Shown here: positions 62,565-64,000 of the stretch, one piece after another
Numbering within the stretch: position 1 is the stretch's first letter
Layout of the letters: every line of letters begins with the position of its first letter
Notes under the pieces: generated by a model
The model's input: the letters and a program-made list of their open reading frames with translations, nothing else
Database searches by the model: none
What the model was told of the DNA's origin: nothing
Source of the DNA: Actinomycetota bacterium
GTDB lineage: Bacteria > Actinomycetota > Thermoleophilia > Solirubrobacterales > 70-9
Direction of reading: 5' to 3'
Length of the DNA: 64,000 bases
Assembly (NCBI GenBank): GCA_018268675.1
Contig: JAFDWB010000069.1
Coordinates: forward strand, 19,838-83,837
Made by a program: the position numbers and the translations under genes

Positions 62565-62588
62565 CGTCGCTACGGTAGCGGGCGGCCG

Positions 62589-63404
62589 ATGTCGCTTCGC
62601 TGCGTATACACCGACCTCGACGGGACCCTCCTCGGGCGGGGAGGGGCGCTCTTCCTCGATCGCGAGGGGAACTTCTCGATGTCGCAGGCGCGCGCGCTCG
62701 AGGCGTGCGCCCGGGCCGGGGTCGAGGTCGTGATCATGTCCGGCCGCCGCGAGCCCCAGGTCCACGAGGCCGCCCGCCTGATGGGCCAGGGCTCCTACAT
62801 CTTCGAGGCGGGCTGCGCCTTCACCATGGACGGCGAGACGACGCTCCTCACCGGCGAGCTCCAGCCCGACGAATACGAGGGCACGGTCTACGAACAGATC
62901 GAGCGCCGCGGCATCCCGCAGATGCTCTTCGATCACTTCGGCGGCCGGCTCGAGTACCACTCGCCCTGGCACCACGGCCGCGTCCACTCCCACCTCTTCC
63001 GCGGCAAGGTCGACGTCGACGAGGCCAACGCCTTGCTCGGCGAGCACGGCGACGACGACCTCCGCTTCCTCGACAACGGCGCGATCGGCACGCCGATGGC
63101 GACCGTCGACGGCCAGACCCACGCCTACCACCTGGTGCCCCACACGGTCTCCAAGGCGGGCGCGGTCGCCGCCCACGCGCGCGCCCGCGGCTTCGCCCCC
63201 GACGAGTGCATCGGGGTCGGCGACTCGGTCGAGGACCTCGAGGTCGCCGCCGCGGTCGGCCGCTTCTTCGTCGTCGCCAACGGCCCCGACGGGGACCCCG
63301 GCCTGCGCTCCTACCTGCCGCAGTTCGGCAACGTCAGCGTCACCGAGGGCACCAACGGCGACGGCTTCTACGAGGCGGTCGTCTCGGCGCTGATGGCGCG
63401 CTGA
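62589..63404 (+). CDS. HAD-superfamily hydrolase (Cof/IIB-like)
   Basis: The N-terminus CVYTDLDGTLLG (DxDxT), VVIMSGRR, and GVGDSVEDLEVAA (GDxxxD). Confidence 0.8.
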   Translation: MSLRCVYTDLDGTLLGRGGALFLDREGNFSMSQARALEACARAGVEVVIMSGRREPQVHEAARLMGQGSYIFEAGCAFTMDGETTLLTGELQPDEYEGTVYEQIERRGIPQMLFDHFGGRLEYHSPWHHGRVHSHLFRGKVDVDEANALLGEHGDDDLRFLDNGAIGTPMATVDGQTHAYHLVPHTVSKAGAVAAHARARGFAPDECIGVGDSVEDLEVAAAVGRFFVVANGPDGDPGLRSYLPQFGNVSVTEGTNGDGFYEAVVSALMAR

Positions 63405-64000
63405 GCGCCGCCCGCCTCGGCGGCGGCGATCCGCGGCGCCGCCGGGTTGAGCAGCGGGCCGAGCTCGCGGGGCGGCGCCTCGGGCCGCACCGCCAGCGTT
63501 TCGGCGCGCCGCCGCGGCCGCTTCACCCGCCAGTACTCCGCGCCGAAGTAGGAGCCGAGGACGAGCGCCGCCGCCAGCACCTGGGCGGTCAGCCCCTCGA
63601 CCGTCGGGAAGACCGCGAACCAGAGCCCGATCCAGCCGGGGATCGCGAGCGCCACCGTCGTTTCCGGCAACCAGCCGGCGAGCTGCATCTCCTGCACCGA
63701 CTCGCCGACCATGACGATCAGCACGATGCCGAGCATCACCCCGGTCAGCACCAGCATCTTCTTGTAAGGCATGTGGCGGTGGGCGAGGAAGGTGACGACG
63801 CCGACCGCGGCGGTCAGCGAGAGGCCGATCGCGACGCCCTCGAGCACCGTCCCGGCGCCGTAGGTGAGCCGCAGGTTCTGGAGGAAGAGGACGACCTCGA
63901 AGCCCTCGCGGTAGACCGAGGTGACGCCGAGGATGATCAGGCCCCACATCGTCGCCCGCCGGCTGTCCACGCCGGACCGGGAGAGGATCTTCTTCTTGTG
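63368..64000 (-). CDS. FTR1-family iron permease (5'-truncated by the window edge)
   Basis: YREGFEVVLFL (REGxE motif) and several TM segments. The frame stays open upstream of the ORF-track GTG 63970 to base 64000 (HKKKILSRSG...). Confidence 0.7.
   Translation of the reverse strand, partial: HKKKILSRSGVDSRRATMWGLIILGVTSVYREGFEVVLFLQNLRLTYGAGTVLEGVAIGLSLTAAVGVVTFLAHRHMPYKKMLVLTGVMLGIVLIVMVGESVQEMQLAGWLPETTVALAIPGWIGLWFAVFPTVEGLTAQVLAAALVLGSYFGAEYWRVKRPRRRAETLAVRPEAPPRELGPLLNPAAPRIAAAEAGGAQRAISAETTAS

Noticed and set aside
1-64000. Scan for CRISPR arrays, rRNA genes, transposases, integrases, prophage genes and recognisable multi-gene defence systems.
   Set aside because: No regularly spaced direct repeats, no rRNA-like conserved stretches and no transposase, integrase or phage-like motifs were seen. 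The only mobile-type modules are vapBC and the short palindromic repeats.

Overview
Gene-dense, very GC-rich segment (about 70% by eye) that looks actinobacterial. A Thermoleophilia or Conexibacter-like origin is only a guess, based on delta-60-repeat and large secreted proteins. Many adjacent genes overlap by 4 nt (ATGA, GTGA or TTGA), so start codons were re-picked where the ORF track gave implausible N-terminal extensions.

Layout:
(1) 0.2-28 kb: a large cell-surface glycan locus. It holds about nine GT2/GT4 glycosyltransferase genes, five SAM-methyltransferase-like genes, a Wzx-type flippase, a Wzm/Wzt-type ABC exporter, two SDR epimerase/dehydratases and three big polytopic membrane proteins. 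A vapBC toxin-antitoxin pair interrupts it on the opposite strand, and an Sfp-type PPTase follows it.
(2) 28.7-29.1 kb: a hairpin-packed non-coding spacer.
(3) 29-35.8 kb: a secreted clan GH-A hydrolase, DoxX, a penicillin-acylase-family protein, a delta-60-repeat protein and an MBL hydrolase.
(4) 35.9-38.6 kb: a single-chain PafB-PafC-like WYL regulator, divergent from two paralogous small membrane proteins.
(5) 38.6-41.6 kb: an OB/HD nuclease, then a fluoride riboswitch driving crcB-crcB-(DUF190 x3).
(6) 41.7-45.4 kb: housekeeping and accessory genes, ending at tRNA-Phe.
(7) 45.4-53.8 kb: a small secreted protein gene with a structured leader and its own intrinsic terminator, followed by two very large secreted proteins.
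(8) 53.8-64 kb: regulators, a GH15-like gene, a GNAT, a TIGR00725/SLOG-like gene, an MrfA/YprA-type DEAH helicase, a DHPS-family gene, a HAD hydrolase and a partial FTR1 permease.

The most unusual signal is not a gene. At least four short palindromic/hairpin repeat families each occur twice in the window. Two different elements sit inside the open reading frame of the GH15-like gene, and one supplies the N-terminus of the TIGR00725 ORF. One family keeps its stem through four compensatory double substitutions around an identical loop core.

No CRISPR array, rRNA, transposase or integrase was seen. All family calls come from motif recognition by eye and have not been checked by search.
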